Below, in pieces: positions 41,897-53,652 of a stretch of 64,000 nt of DNA; positions within the stretch are counted from its first letter, which is position 1, and each line of letters begins with the position of its first letter. A program made the translations under genes and the position numbers. A model generated the notes under the pieces. The model was not told the origin of the DNA and did not search any database. It saw nothing but the letters and a program-made list of their open reading frames with translations. Source of the stretch: Octopus sinensis (lineage: Eukaryota); contig NC_043023.1 in the NCBI RefSeq assembly GCF_006345805.1, positions 15,438,001-15,502,000 on the forward strand. Direction: 5' to 3'.

Positions 41897-42670
41897 CGTT
41901 GTAGGATCGACTACTTACGACTAGCTAGCGCGTACCGGGTCCAGTCTTCGCTAGTAGTACCTATGCTTTTGTGTTTTATTTACTTTGTTTTAAAAAGAAA
42001 GGCGATCTTACGGTATAAGTACCGGTGTACTTCCGGAAGTACTGGATACATTTCAAAAAGGTGTTTTTTTTATATGGGGGGGGGGTTCTGTTATCTTTAG
42101 AAATGTAAACAAAGACACGTGTGTACCTATACCGAAGGATCGCCATTCTGTCCTGTCTCTACTCTTCATACGTCAATTCACAGAACACTTTCTCTAAATT
42201 AGTGACCACACCTTCAACATATGTGAGTGCAGTTTGTTTTTATTATTAATAAAGTTACGAGAGGAAAAGTCATGATGGGTTGGTTCACTAAATTGTAGTT
42301 TATGTTTATGTTTGATCTGTTACAGAAGTTGTAACAATCATGAACATTACCTAATTTCATTAATAATAGATCTGCTCAGTCAGGGATAACCTAGGGTTAA
42401 ACATTAGTCACTCATCATATTATTGTCCAATATCCTATAGTTGAACCCTTTATTGTTTAAACTGGCCATATCAGGCCCAGATATTCTGCATGTTTTATAT
42501 TCAAACTGGCGGTATCTGGGCCCTCACACCTAACCTACATTGACATTCTAGAAATAAACAATCACATCATTGAAACCTCAAAGCCATAAGATATTGCATG
42601 ATTAATTCAAAACAATTTGAGTGAAAAAGAATTACATTTAACAGAATAATCTGAACACTAAAGGGATAAT

Positions 42671-43164
42671 AAGAAATATTGAATTTCTAAATCTCTCATA
42701 GAGAGATGTACAGTGGTGGGGCGATAGAATGGTTGTATACTGTCAATCTAACAAGAACGTGACAGTAGGGGGTAAACCACCGTTGTATAGCCCTAGGAGG
42801 CATCGAACGCCTCCTGACAGCTTCGACACATTTTTTCCGTTTCCTTATATACATATACGAAGTCCAGACAAACACCCCCAACCGCCGGAACTGCATCTGA
42901 GTTTATATATATACAGATACGAAGTCCAGACAAATATCACCAGCCAACCGGTGTCTGCTACTCTAGGCAATGATCTTGAAACACGGTGTCCCTAGATGCA
43001 GTTCCGGCGGTTGGGGGTGTTTGTCTGGACTTCGTATATGTATATAAGGACACGGAAAAAATGTGTCGAAGCTGTCAGGAGGCGTTCGATGCCTCCTAGG
43101 GCTATACAACGGTGGTGTACCCCCTACTGTCACGTTCTTGTTAGATTGACAGTATACAACCATT
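42671..43164. mobile_element. ~495-bp fold-back insertion with 13-bp TSD; family unknown
   Basis: Flanked by ctaaagggataat (42658-42670, 43165-43177). 174-bp inverted arms. Empty sites at ~8550 and ~20755. Confidence 0.8.
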
Positions 43165-43990
43165 CTAAAGGGATAATGTTTTACATAATATCTGAAGGAA
43201 GATGAACTGAAGTCCGTGTATATGTAGTCATTACACAAGGTTGTATCATATAATTTTAATAACAAAATAAATTTCAAAGACCACACCCTCTTGTTACTAA
43301 CCCGGCCAAAACGGGCTCTGGCTCTGTGGTAAAATGTCTTGTTTTCATAAGTTTTGAATTAAAATCTTCCACCAAACCTTAGTTACAATTTATGTTCCCA
43401 ACACTAGTTGAATGATAACTAAGTTAGTTTACTAAATTCTTTATTATATTTAAAATAATTGAAAGAAACACACTGAATCTCAGCAGAAATATGGTAACAA
43501 AAGGGTTACCATATTATAAATTACCATAAATAAATTTCAAAGACAAATTAAAGGATTTTATCCACAGTTTATCATTATGAAGATGTAGTTATATTTTTTT
43601 TTATAGTTGAATCTCTGCTTTTTAAGTTTTTCCTATATCTTCTTCTGTTTCTGTGTCATTTCAGGAGGTGAAATGTTAGTGATACTTCATGAATATTGAT
43701 CATCTAATGGAAGATGTTATAAATATTTGACATAACTCTGTTTATATGATTTGTCTATGGTGGAAAACTGTGAAATATTTCTTCTGAATTAATGGCAACA
43801 TTTGTTTCCATCATTGCCTGGAATATTTGCTAAAGTATTTCACATTATGTTTGGAGTGGAGATATCTGCAAAGGTGTTTGTATCATCTTCAGGTATTGAT
43901 GAAGATCGGAACTGCTGGAAATAACAGCAATAGAAACATATAAAAAAGGAAGCAAAATTATATTTTGTGTGTGTATACTATAGAACAATA

Positions 43991-45547
43991 ATGAATCCTC
44001 AAGAGATGACAAAAGAAAGAGAAAAATTATCACACCAATGTGATATCTGTAAAATGACTTTTTCTAATCAGGGAAATCTCACTGTTCACAAATTCATTCA
44101 TGCAGGTAGGAAGCCATATGACTGTGATGTCTGTGGTAAATCATTCTCTCAGAAAAGTAACCTTACCTCTCACAAATCCATTCATACAGGAGAGAAACCA
44201 TATGAATGTGATATTTGTTGTAAATCATTCTCTCAGAAAATTCACCTTACTAGACACAAATCCATTCACACAGGTGAGAAACCATATCAATGTGATATCT
44301 GTGGAAATTCATTCTCTGATAAATGTCACCTTTCTTCTCACAAATACATTCATACAGGTGAGAAACCATATCAATGTGATATTTGTGGTAAATCATTCTC
44401 CCATAAGCACATCCTTACTTCTCACATATCCATTCATACCGGAGTGAAACCTTATCACTGTGATATTTGTGGTAAATCATTCTCTCAAAGGACTGGCCTT
44501 TCTTATCACAAATCTGTTCATACTGGAGAGAAACCAAATCAGTGTGATATTTGTGGTAAATCATTCTCTCAGAAAAGTAGCCTTACCACTCACAAATACA
44601 TTCATACAGGAGAGAAACCTCATCAATGTGATGTCTGTGGAATGTCATTCTCTCAAAAAAGTAGCCTTGATTCTCATAAATACATTCATACAGGTGAGAA
44701 ACCATATCAGTGTGATATTTGTGGAAAATCATTCTCTCAAAAAAGTAACCTTGATTCTCATAAATATATTCATACAGGAGAGAAACCTCATCAATGTGAT
44801 GTCTGTGGAATGTCATTCTCTCAAAGACGTTACCTTGATTCTCACAAACATATTCATACAGGAGAGAAACCATATCAATGTGATATCTGTGGAAATTCAT
44901 TCTCTGATAAATGTCACCTTTCTTCTCACAAATACATTCACAGAGGTGAGAAACAATATCACTGTGATATTTGTGGTAAATCATTCTCCCATAAGCACAT
45001 CCTTACTTCTCACATATCCATTCATACAGGAGTGAAACCTTATAACTGTGATATTTGTGGTAAATCATTCTCTCAAAGGACTGGCCTTTCTTATCACAAA
45101 TCTGTTCATACTGGAGAGAAACCAAATCAGTGTGATATCTGTGGTAAATCATTCTCTCAGAAAAGTAGCCTTACCACTCACAAATACATTCATACAGGAG
45201 AGAAACCTCATCAATGTGATGTCTGTGGAATGTCATTCTCTCAAAAAAGTAGCCTTGATTCTCATAAATACATTCATACAGGTGAGAAACCATATCAGTG
45301 TGATATTTGTGGAAAATCATTCTCTCAAAAAGGTAACCTTGATTCTCATAAATATATTCATACAGGAGAGAAACCTCATCAATGTGATGTCTGTGGAATG
45401 TCATTCTCTCAAAGACGTTACCTTCATTCTCACAAACCCATTCATACAGGAGAGAAACCATATCAATGTGATATTTGTGGTAAATCGTTCTTCCATAAGC
45501 GTAGCCTTACTCATCACAAATCCATTCATACTGGAGAGAAACTATGA
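43991..45547 (+). CDS. B-type C2H2 ZNF, 518 aa, 18 fingers; last ancestral finger lost by a 2-nt deletion
   Basis: Intact ORF; acceptor at 43664. aaactatgag here versus aaactgtatgag in paralogues. Confidence 0.93.
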   Translation: MNPQEMTKEREKLSHQCDICKMTFSNQGNLTVHKFIHAGRKPYDCDVCGKSFSQKSNLTSHKSIHTGEKPYECDICCKSFSQKIHLTRHKSIHTGEKPYQCDICGNSFSDKCHLSSHKYIHTGEKPYQCDICGKSFSHKHILTSHISIHTGVKPYHCDICGKSFSQRTGLSYHKSVHTGEKPNQCDICGKSFSQKSSLTTHKYIHTGEKPHQCDVCGMSFSQKSSLDSHKYIHTGEKPYQCDICGKSFSQKSNLDSHKYIHTGEKPHQCDVCGMSFSQRRYLDSHKHIHTGEKPYQCDICGNSFSDKCHLSSHKYIHRGEKQYHCDICGKSFSHKHILTSHISIHTGVKPYNCDICGKSFSQRTGLSYHKSVHTGEKPNQCDICGKSFSQKSSLTTHKYIHTGEKPHQCDVCGMSFSQKSSLDSHKYIHTGEKPYQCDICGKSFSQKGNLDSHKYIHTGEKPHQCDVCGMSFSQRRYLHSHKPIHTGEKPYQCDICGKSFFHKRSLTHHKSIHTGEKL

Positions 45548-45662
45548 GTGTGATATTTGTGGTATACCACTGTCTTGCTTGCGTTCTTTAACCTCTCATA
45601 AAAACATTCATACAGGAGAGAAACCATAGAACTGTAATATCTGCAGTAAATCACTCTAAGCC

Positions 45663-46326
45663 GGATCTTTTCCTCTTGAACGGCAGTTTTCAACAAAATT
45701 TCTAGTTAACTAAACACTTTTAAACTTCGTATACTGGTAGAATGTATCAAAATAAAACATTTTTTTCTCTTGGCTTTCTTGAGAAAATTGTAATTTGTAA
45801 GTTTAACGTAGTTTAATTTTTCAAACTTTAACCAATCCTATACCCTCTATTGAGCTAAAATTATTTGCTGCGTCTAAAACTGAGGCAACATCCTGTCACT
45901 AACCCTAACCCTAAATTTTAGCCTTTCGTTTTTTTTTTTTCTTAATTGTTACGCGTGTGTCTAAAATTATTGGTTTTGTTTTTGTTGAGTTTTTGCTTTT
46001 GTTTTAGCCTTTCGTTTTTTTTTCTTAATTGTTATCCATAAATTAATTTAACAATTGAGAAAAAAAATAAAAACGAAAGGCTAAAATTTAGGGTTAGGGT
46101 TAGTCTCAGTTTTAGACACAGCAAATGATTTTAGCTCAATAGAGGTCATAGGATTGGTTAAAATTCGAAAAATTAAACTACATTAAACTTACAAATTACA
46201 ATTGTCTCAAGAAAGCCAAGAGAAAGAAACGTTTTCTTTTCACACATTCTACCAGTATACAAAGTTTAAAAGTGTTTAATTAACTAGAAATTGTGTTGAA
46301 AACTGCCGTTCAAAAGAAAAAGATCA
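45663..46326. mobile_element. GGATC-TIR MITE at the ZNF 3' end; no TSD
   Basis: Same flanks as 31021-32008. Confidence 0.85.
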
Positions 46327-46518
46327 GGTATTTCTCCTGCATCTGTCTTACCAGAAATATATAGCATCAGTGGTGCTTTTCCCTGGCATGAACCCAAACT
46401 GCATCTCATCTAAACTGACTCTCTCCCTAATTAGTTGATAATTATTTACTTTGTGTGAAAAAATTATTTACCTTGTTTAAAAAAAAAAATTATTTGATAT
46501 GCAGCCTTTAAATACATA

Positions 46519-47001
46519 CCATAAATCTTCGAGTGTAGTCCGCCCTTGAGTATAATACGCAGGGGAATTTTTAGGGGGCTGTACCTCTGAAAAACCTAAA
46601 TCTTGTATATAATATGCACCCCTTCTCTAACCTGAGTCGAGGAGGTCTATATAACGTCCTTTATTATTATTGTATATATAACATAATGCAAACGTGTAGC
46701 TTTTTTGTGTATTTTGTTTGCAGAAAATAAAGAAATAACAGTAATAACGTTTAATAAATGTTGCTTACTGCAAGTTATGGATGATTCTTTTATGACTTCA
46801 TTACTTTCAGGCTTAGCTCAAGGTATTTTCATGCCGGACATCACAAAATGTGTCTGAATAAACATTGCCGGACAGCAAAGAGAGACTCGGACATTGTTTA
46901 GAAAATAATTTTCATTTTTAACCTTGTATATAATCCGCACCTGGGATTTTGACCTTTAAATTTTTTTGGGTAAAATGCGGATTATACTCGAGGATTTACA
47001 G
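46519..47001. mobile_element. Tc1/pogo-like MITE, TA-flanked
   Basis: TA|ccataaatcttcgagtgtagtccgc...gcggattatactcgaggatttacag|TA. Confidence 0.7.
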
Positions 47002-47324
47002 TACATGTTTTGCGCATGCGTGCATCTATTAATTTACATACGTGCACTCGCGCTAGGTAGTCGAGGGATCGACTAGTCACAACTAGCGAGCGATAGTGCG
47101 CAGTGGGACCACTTTTCTTAAATAGTAACCGGCGTCAATAACCAGTCGAGTCGTGGGTCACTCTGGTAATTAATATATATATAACAATTATAGGTGGTTT
47201 TACGTTTTCCACAATGATATGTACTACCAGGGTGCCACCAAGCTTATTGAATATGAGAAGGCTGTTTTTCCTGAGATGTATATTAACACGCAGACGTCTG
47301 TACTTCGTACAAGTTTGCACTGAT

Positions 47325-48292
47325 ATTTTCCTTTTGAACGGCATATGTCAACACAATTTATAGTTAACTAAACACTTTTAAACTTCGTATACTGGTAGAA
47401 TGTGTTTATAAAACATCATTTTTTCTTGGCTTTATTGAGAAACTTCTATAGTTTGTAACATATTTCAACTTTAAAATCGAGCATTTCGGCAATTCTAACC
47501 AATCAAATACGTCCATCTGGAGTCAAAACATACCGTGCTGTATGAATATGTCCCTTGTTTAAGAAACAGAGTGGGTTTATTTACATTTGCGAAGAAAAAA
47601 AGATACCCTTCCCCCACCCCTAACCATAACTCTAAACCTAACCCTAAAATAGATTGAAATGCAAAGATTGATACTAGGGTTATAATTGTGGGTGACAGTT
47701 TCATACGACACCGCTATAGGAAATGGGATTTTTTTCTCGCGGTGTCAAATGAAAATGTCACCCATAATTATAACCCTAGTATCGATCTTTGCATTTCAAT
47801 CTATTTTAGGTTTAGGGGTGGGGGAAGGGTATCTTTATCGTACCACTACTGCATAAATCTCTATGAGATATTTAGAAATGTATTGGTTCTTTTCGGTTTG
47901 AACGGCAGTTTTTCTAACGGTGTCATATGAAATTGTCACCCATTATTATGACCCTAGTATCAATCTATTGCATTTCAATCTCTTTTAGGGTTAGGGGTGG
48001 GGGGAAGGGTATCTTTTTTTTCTTCAGAAATGTAAATACACCCAATCTGTTTCTTAAACGAGGGACATATTCAAACGGCACAGAATGTTTTCACCTCAAT
48101 AGACGTCATTGATTGGTTGAAATAGCAGAAATTGAAGGAAAAAAAAACAAATATCTTACAAACCGTAGAATCTTCTCAATAAAGCCAAGAGAAAAAGATG
48201 TTTTATAAACACATTCTACCAGTATACGAAGTTTAAAAGTGTTTAGTTACCTAGAAATTATGTTAAAAACTACCGTTCAAACCGAAAAGACC
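47325..48292. mobile_element. Nested GGATC-family MITEs
   Basis: Terminal repeats at ~47325, 47886 and 48292; CCCTAA tracts; internal hairpin near 47725. Confidence 0.7.
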
Positions 48293-48723
48293 TACATACT
48301 CTGTTGTTGATGGTGAAATTCCAATGAAGGATCCTTGGATTTAGGTTAGAAATTGGCTCTTTCTCTTTGGCAAGTAATTTTGAAATAAAACTGAACAATG
48401 GCATACATATATACGTACATACATGCGGACTGTTGCTATAGCAACGAAGCTAAGATACACAGAGTGAAGCCACTTGGGAAAGATTGACTCTAAACTCTGC
48501 TGTGCATTCAGACTAAGTGTTAACATTGTAGCTCCCTTCTGCTGTTTGCAGCAATGCTTGGAAGGAAGGTGTGTAGCGTGTGATTGTCACAATGAGCATG
48601 ATAGAAAGTTGAGCAGAGAATCTGCATCAGATTTTGCCTAAATCAGGGCAATACCTGCTCAGAGGCCCACTCAAATTTTTGTAATTCTCGACACAATCAA
48701 GGGAATCTTGTATAACTTATTTC

Positions 48724-49297
48724 GAATCTTTTCCTTTTGATAGACAGAATTAAACCCAATTTCTAGTTAACTAAACAACTTGAAACTTCGTATACTGGTA
48801 GAATGTGTCAAAATAAAACATTATTTTCACTTGGGTTTTGTGATGAATTTGTAATTGGTAAGTTTAACGTAGTTTAATTCTTTGAATTTTAACCAATGAA
48901 TCGCCAGTATTTGAGCTCAAATCATTTGCTGCGTCTAAAAACTCAGACAACTTCCTGTTACTGTTTACGTAGACAGTGCACACACAATGTTTGTTTTTGT
49001 CACATTCGTTCCCTTCTCTCACTCAGTCCATCTCTCTCTCTCTCCCTGTATGTCTTTCTTATTCCATCTCTCTATTGTTTTTCTCAGTCAAAGGTCTCTT
49101 TCTCTCTTTTAATCCATTTTTTACTAAATGTTTTGGATCTTTTCCTTTTGATAGACAGAATTCAAATTACAAATTTATCAAAAAACCCAAGTGAAAATAA
49201 TGTTTTCTTTTGACACATTCTACCAGTATATGAAGTTTCAAGTTGTTTAGTTAACTAGAAATTGGGTTGAATTCTGTCTATCAAAAGGAAAAGATCC
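48724..49297. mobile_element. Complete GGATC-TIR MITE (574 bp) with 8-bp TSD CTTATTTC; probably Merlin superfamily
   Basis: TSD at 48716-48723 and 49298-49305; empty site at ~33985. GG...CC termini with an 8-bp TSD fit Merlin best, although hAT and P also make 8-bp TSDs. Confidence 0.85.
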
Positions 49298-49700
49298 CTT
49301 ATTTCTTTATTACCCACAAGGGGCTAAACACAGAGAGGACAAACAAGGACAGACACACGGGTTAAGTCCGTTATATCGCCCCCAGTGCGTAACTTTCAAC
49401 CCCGAAAGGATGAAAGGCAAAGTCGACCTCGGCGGAATTTGAACTCAGAACGTAATGGCAGACGAAATATGTATTTCTTTACTACCCACAAGGGGCTAAA
49501 CACAGAGGGGCAAACAAGGACAGACACACAGATTAAGTCGATTACATCGACCAAGTGCGTAACTGGTACTTATTTAATCAACTCCGAAAGGATGAAAGGC
49601 AAAGTCGACCTCGGCGGAATTTGAACTCAGAAGATTACGGCAGATGAAATACGGCTACGCACTTCGCCCAGCATGCTAACATTTCTGCCAGCTCACCGCC
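49298..49700 (-). mobile_element. Two stacked SINE S1 copies
   Basis: Paralogous to 33988-34340. Confidence 0.75.
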
Positions 49701-50761
49701 TTGTATAACTAAAACCTGAGTGACCCCTGGTGGTCAGACAGGAAAGCAAAATGAAAATGGGATTTAACAAGAGTAATCTCCCTCGACCTTCTTGAATATT
49801 TTAGAAGCTTCCTATAAACTTCCAGATGACATAGCAGTCAGGGACTTCTGGTTTATCCCTAATATAAAGCAGAACATTCTAATTTTGTGCCACCCTTGCA
49901 TTGACTCCTGACTCCTAGACATGCATTGACTCAGGTCACGCACATACACACCCGCAAGTGCATGTGTTTGCCTTATTTGCTTTGAGACGTGGTTGCAAAA
50001 TATGTTCATCTGATGTTACAAGCTTTTCCTTCAATTAACCTTATATGTCAACGCATTACCTCTGGATCTTGCCTGAGTAGGGTTTCCTCTCCAAAGACCT
50101 TCCGCTGTTCAGCTCTCTTGAGAATTTCCTACCATTGTCTTATTTTAACATTTCATCAGTGACTGGGAAATATATTTCCTTCACACTCCTTCTCTCACAT
50201 GGTTACCATCTACTCAATGGCTCCATCGCATATTCACTAGATAACCACCATCGTTAGCATTTAATGAACGAACTTATCCCTTCGTTTATCTCTCATCACT
50301 GTATCTTAGCATCTAACACCAAGTATTTTGTATATTAAATAATATCAACAAATTATATAACTTCAAAACGAACATTTATTGTAGATCAGTTTGGAGAAAT
50401 GTGTAACTTTTATCATACATTGATCAAGTGTGAATTCTATGCTGTATCATCAATTGTATAGGCTCATAAGGGACACGTTTGGATAGGGTTGCCAGATTAG
50501 AAAATCATATATATGGGACACTTTTAAAATCTCTCTCTATATATATATTTATACATGCCTACACACCCAACATAATATATAAAAGCAGAGAGATAAGTTA
50601 AAAAGATAATGCAATTATTTTAATGAGTTATGAAGTCAAAATTATTTAATACAAGCTAAAGAAATAATAAATTCTATTAAAGTGAAATAATTTGAAAATA
50701 TTTCTTTAATACAGACAACAGAGAAATAAGCAAACAATATCTTGTGTAATGTGTACAAATA

Positions 50762-51110
50762 GGCGTAGGAGTGGCTGTGTGGTAAGTAGCTTGCTTACCA
50801 ACCACATGGTCCCAGGTTCAGTCTCACTGTGTGGCACTTTGGACAAGTGTCTTCTAATATAGCCTTGGGCCGACCAAAGCCTTGTGAGTGGATTTGGTAG
50901 ACAGAAACTGAAAGAAGTCCATTGTATATATGTGTGTGTGTGTATATGTTTGTCCCCCAAACATGGCTTGACAATCGATGCTAGTGTGTTCACGTCCACC
51001 ATAACTTAGCGGTTCAGCAAAAGTAACTGATAGAATAAGTCCTGGGTCTATTTGCTCAACTAAAGGTGGTGCTCCAGCATGGCCACTGTCAAATGCCTGA
51101 AACATGTAAA
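50762..51110 (+). mobile_element. SINE S2, joined directly to a ZNF array
   Basis: Paralogous to 35403-35735. Confidence 0.8.
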
Positions 51111-51797
51111 ATGGATACAGGTGAGAAACCATATCAGTGTGATGTTTGTGGTAAATCATTCTCTCACAGAAGTCACCTTACTTCTTACAATTCCGTTCAT
51201 ACTGGAGAGAAACCATATCAGTGTGATATCTGTGGTAAATCATTTTCTGAAAAAAGTCACCTTAGTAGACACAAATACATTCATACAGGAGAGAAACGAT
51301 ATCACTGTGATATCTGTGATAAATCATTCTCTTACTTGAGCACTTTAAATTCTCATAAACCCATTCATACAGGAGAGAAATCATATCACTGTGATGAATC
51401 CTTTTCATCAAAAAGTCATTTAACTACTCACGAACTCACTCATGCTCATAAGAGGCCATATCCCTGTGATATTTGTGGTAAATCATTCTCTCAAAGGGGA
51501 GGCCTTACTTATCACAAATACACTCGTACAGGAGAGAAACCATATAAATGTGATATTTGTGGTAAATCATTCTCTCAAAAAGGTCACCTTACATATCACA
51601 ATTCCGTTCATACAGGTGAGAAACCATATCAGTGTGATATCTGTGATAAATCCTTTTCATTAAAAAGTTATTTAACTACTCACAAACTCACTCATGCTCA
51701 CGAGAGACCATATCAGTGCGATATCTGTGGTAAATCATTCTCTCAAAAAAGGTACTTAAATGGACACAAATGCATTAATACAGGGGACAAACCATAG
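51093..51797 (+). pseudogene. 5'-truncated A-type ZNF fragment (8 fingers, 4 intact) with in-frame ATGs supplied by the SINE flank
   Basis: MPETCKMD|TGEKPY junction near 51115. No ZNF head, intron or acceptor. Confidence 0.75.
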
Positions 51798-52748
51798 CAC
51801 TGTAGTATCTGCAGGTAAATCATTCCGTTTAAGAAAATATTTAATTAATTACAAGTCTGCTCATACTGGAGAGAAACTATGTGACTGTGATGTCTGCAGC
51901 AAATCATTCTCTCAGGAATATGCTGTATATACTTATAAACGTATTCATACAGGAGAGAAACTCTATTGCTGTGATACCTGAGGTAAATCATTCTCTGTGG
52001 AACGATATTGAACTCATCACAAATACATTCATACAGGAGAGAAATCATATCACTGTGACATCTGGGACAAGTCATTCTTTCATAGAGAGAAATAATAAAC
52101 TAAACACAAACATATTCATACAGGGTAAGATTCTGATGACTGTGTAATCTGTGCTAAATCATTCTCTCAATAATCTACCTTAACTAAACATATACTTATT
52201 CATATTGATCAATAAAAATATCAATGATAAAACAGATGTCCTGCTGAATAAAATACAGCAAATGTATTACTTTTTACAAAATAAATTCATTTTTCACATT
52301 TTCCTCATTTGCATCAACTCACTAATTACGATTTGTGTTTTTTATTCAAACAATATTGATTATATTAATTTGCTCTGTTTTCTTGAGGATATATTATTTT
52401 GACACAAATGTATTACACTCCAGTTCCAAGCCATGATCAGTTATCCTCTGCTGGACACACTCAGGGATCCCAGGATCTGCACCCTTTGTGCTACTGCCTA
52501 CATATTCTGGCACTAGCTGGAGGCTTATTGCTGTTTGTCACAGTTTTGGGTGTCGAGTGGGAAATATTTTTCAAAAGCCTAATGCCCCACTCTACCTATG
52601 GTTCAAGCACATCCCCGCTCAACCCATGCAAGGGATTATCATCATACTTATTTTTTGCTAAATCATTCTGTAGAGCAGGTTTTTATGGTCTTGTTCTTAC
52701 CAGACACCAAGCAGGGATTTATGATGGGCATCTGGTTAGAATGGCACC

Positions 52749-52890
52749 TGTTGTGATGAGAGTTACCATGTCCCCTTGTGAGAGATAGACTGGTTCGAGT
52801 AAAGTATAAATAGTAACGATCTGAGTGGGTTTGCGGTTCAGAGTCAAGTGAAGTCGGAAGGTGTCGCTTGGTTTACTTCCTAAGGAATAT
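52749..52890 (+). mobile_element. Truncated Gypsy LTR (U3 with TATAAATA at 52805) fused to intron 1 of the next gene
   Basis: LTR sequence stops at cttcctaaggaatat and continues as ttttatttttagtgaaagc (intron 1, compare 41445). Confidence 0.8.
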
Positions 52891-52984
52891 TTTATTTTTA
52901 GTGAAAGCAGAAGAACCTGGAAAATTCGAAACTCCAGACAATAATGAAAGTATTCAATGTTGCTAGTCTGACATCGATATTAAT

Positions 52985-53152
52985 TTCGTCCGCCGTTACG
53001 TTCTGGGTTCAAATTCCGCCGAGGTCGACTTTGCCTTTCACCCTTCGGAGTCGATAAATTAAGTACCAGTTACGCACTGGGGTCAATGTAATCAACTTAA
53101 TCCGTTTGTTTGTCTCGTCCGTGTTTCGCCCCTTGTGGGTAATAAAGAAACA
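52985..53152 (+). mobile_element. SINE S1 in intron 1
   Basis: Same insertion as 41540-41720. Confidence 0.8.
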
Positions 53153-53652
53153 GATATTAATTCTATTTCGTTTTTGGATTTGGTTAGCAAGATTCGTGTA
53201 TTGAAGCATATTCTGTTGTTTCTGGGGAGAGTCGAAAATGTAGTTATAATTTTTATTGTTAAACCTTTGCTTTTTAAGTCTTTCCTATATCTTCTACTGT
53301 TTCTGTGTCATTTCAGATACTCGTATAAAGGAGTTTTACGTGAGATACATCATGAATATTGATCATGTTTTGAAAACGAATGTCAGCCGTTATAAATAAT
53401 AGATAATAACTCTGTTTATATAATATATCTATGGTGAATAATGGTGAAATATTTCTTCTGAATTAATAGCAACATTTGTTTTCCTCATTGCCAGGAATAT
53501 TTACAAAAGTATTTCACACTCAGTTTGAATGTGAGAAAATCTGGAAAGGTGTTTGTATCATTTTCAGATATTCAAGATCAGATTTGTTGTAGAAGATATA
53601 TATAAAGAAGAAGGGGAAAATATATTTTCTGTCTGTATACTATAGAACAATA

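Noticed and set aside
47880-48300. Short near-inverted flanks (atgtatt|GG...CC|tacat) around another MITE
   Set aside because: Only 5 bp with an offset; too short to count as a second mirror event.
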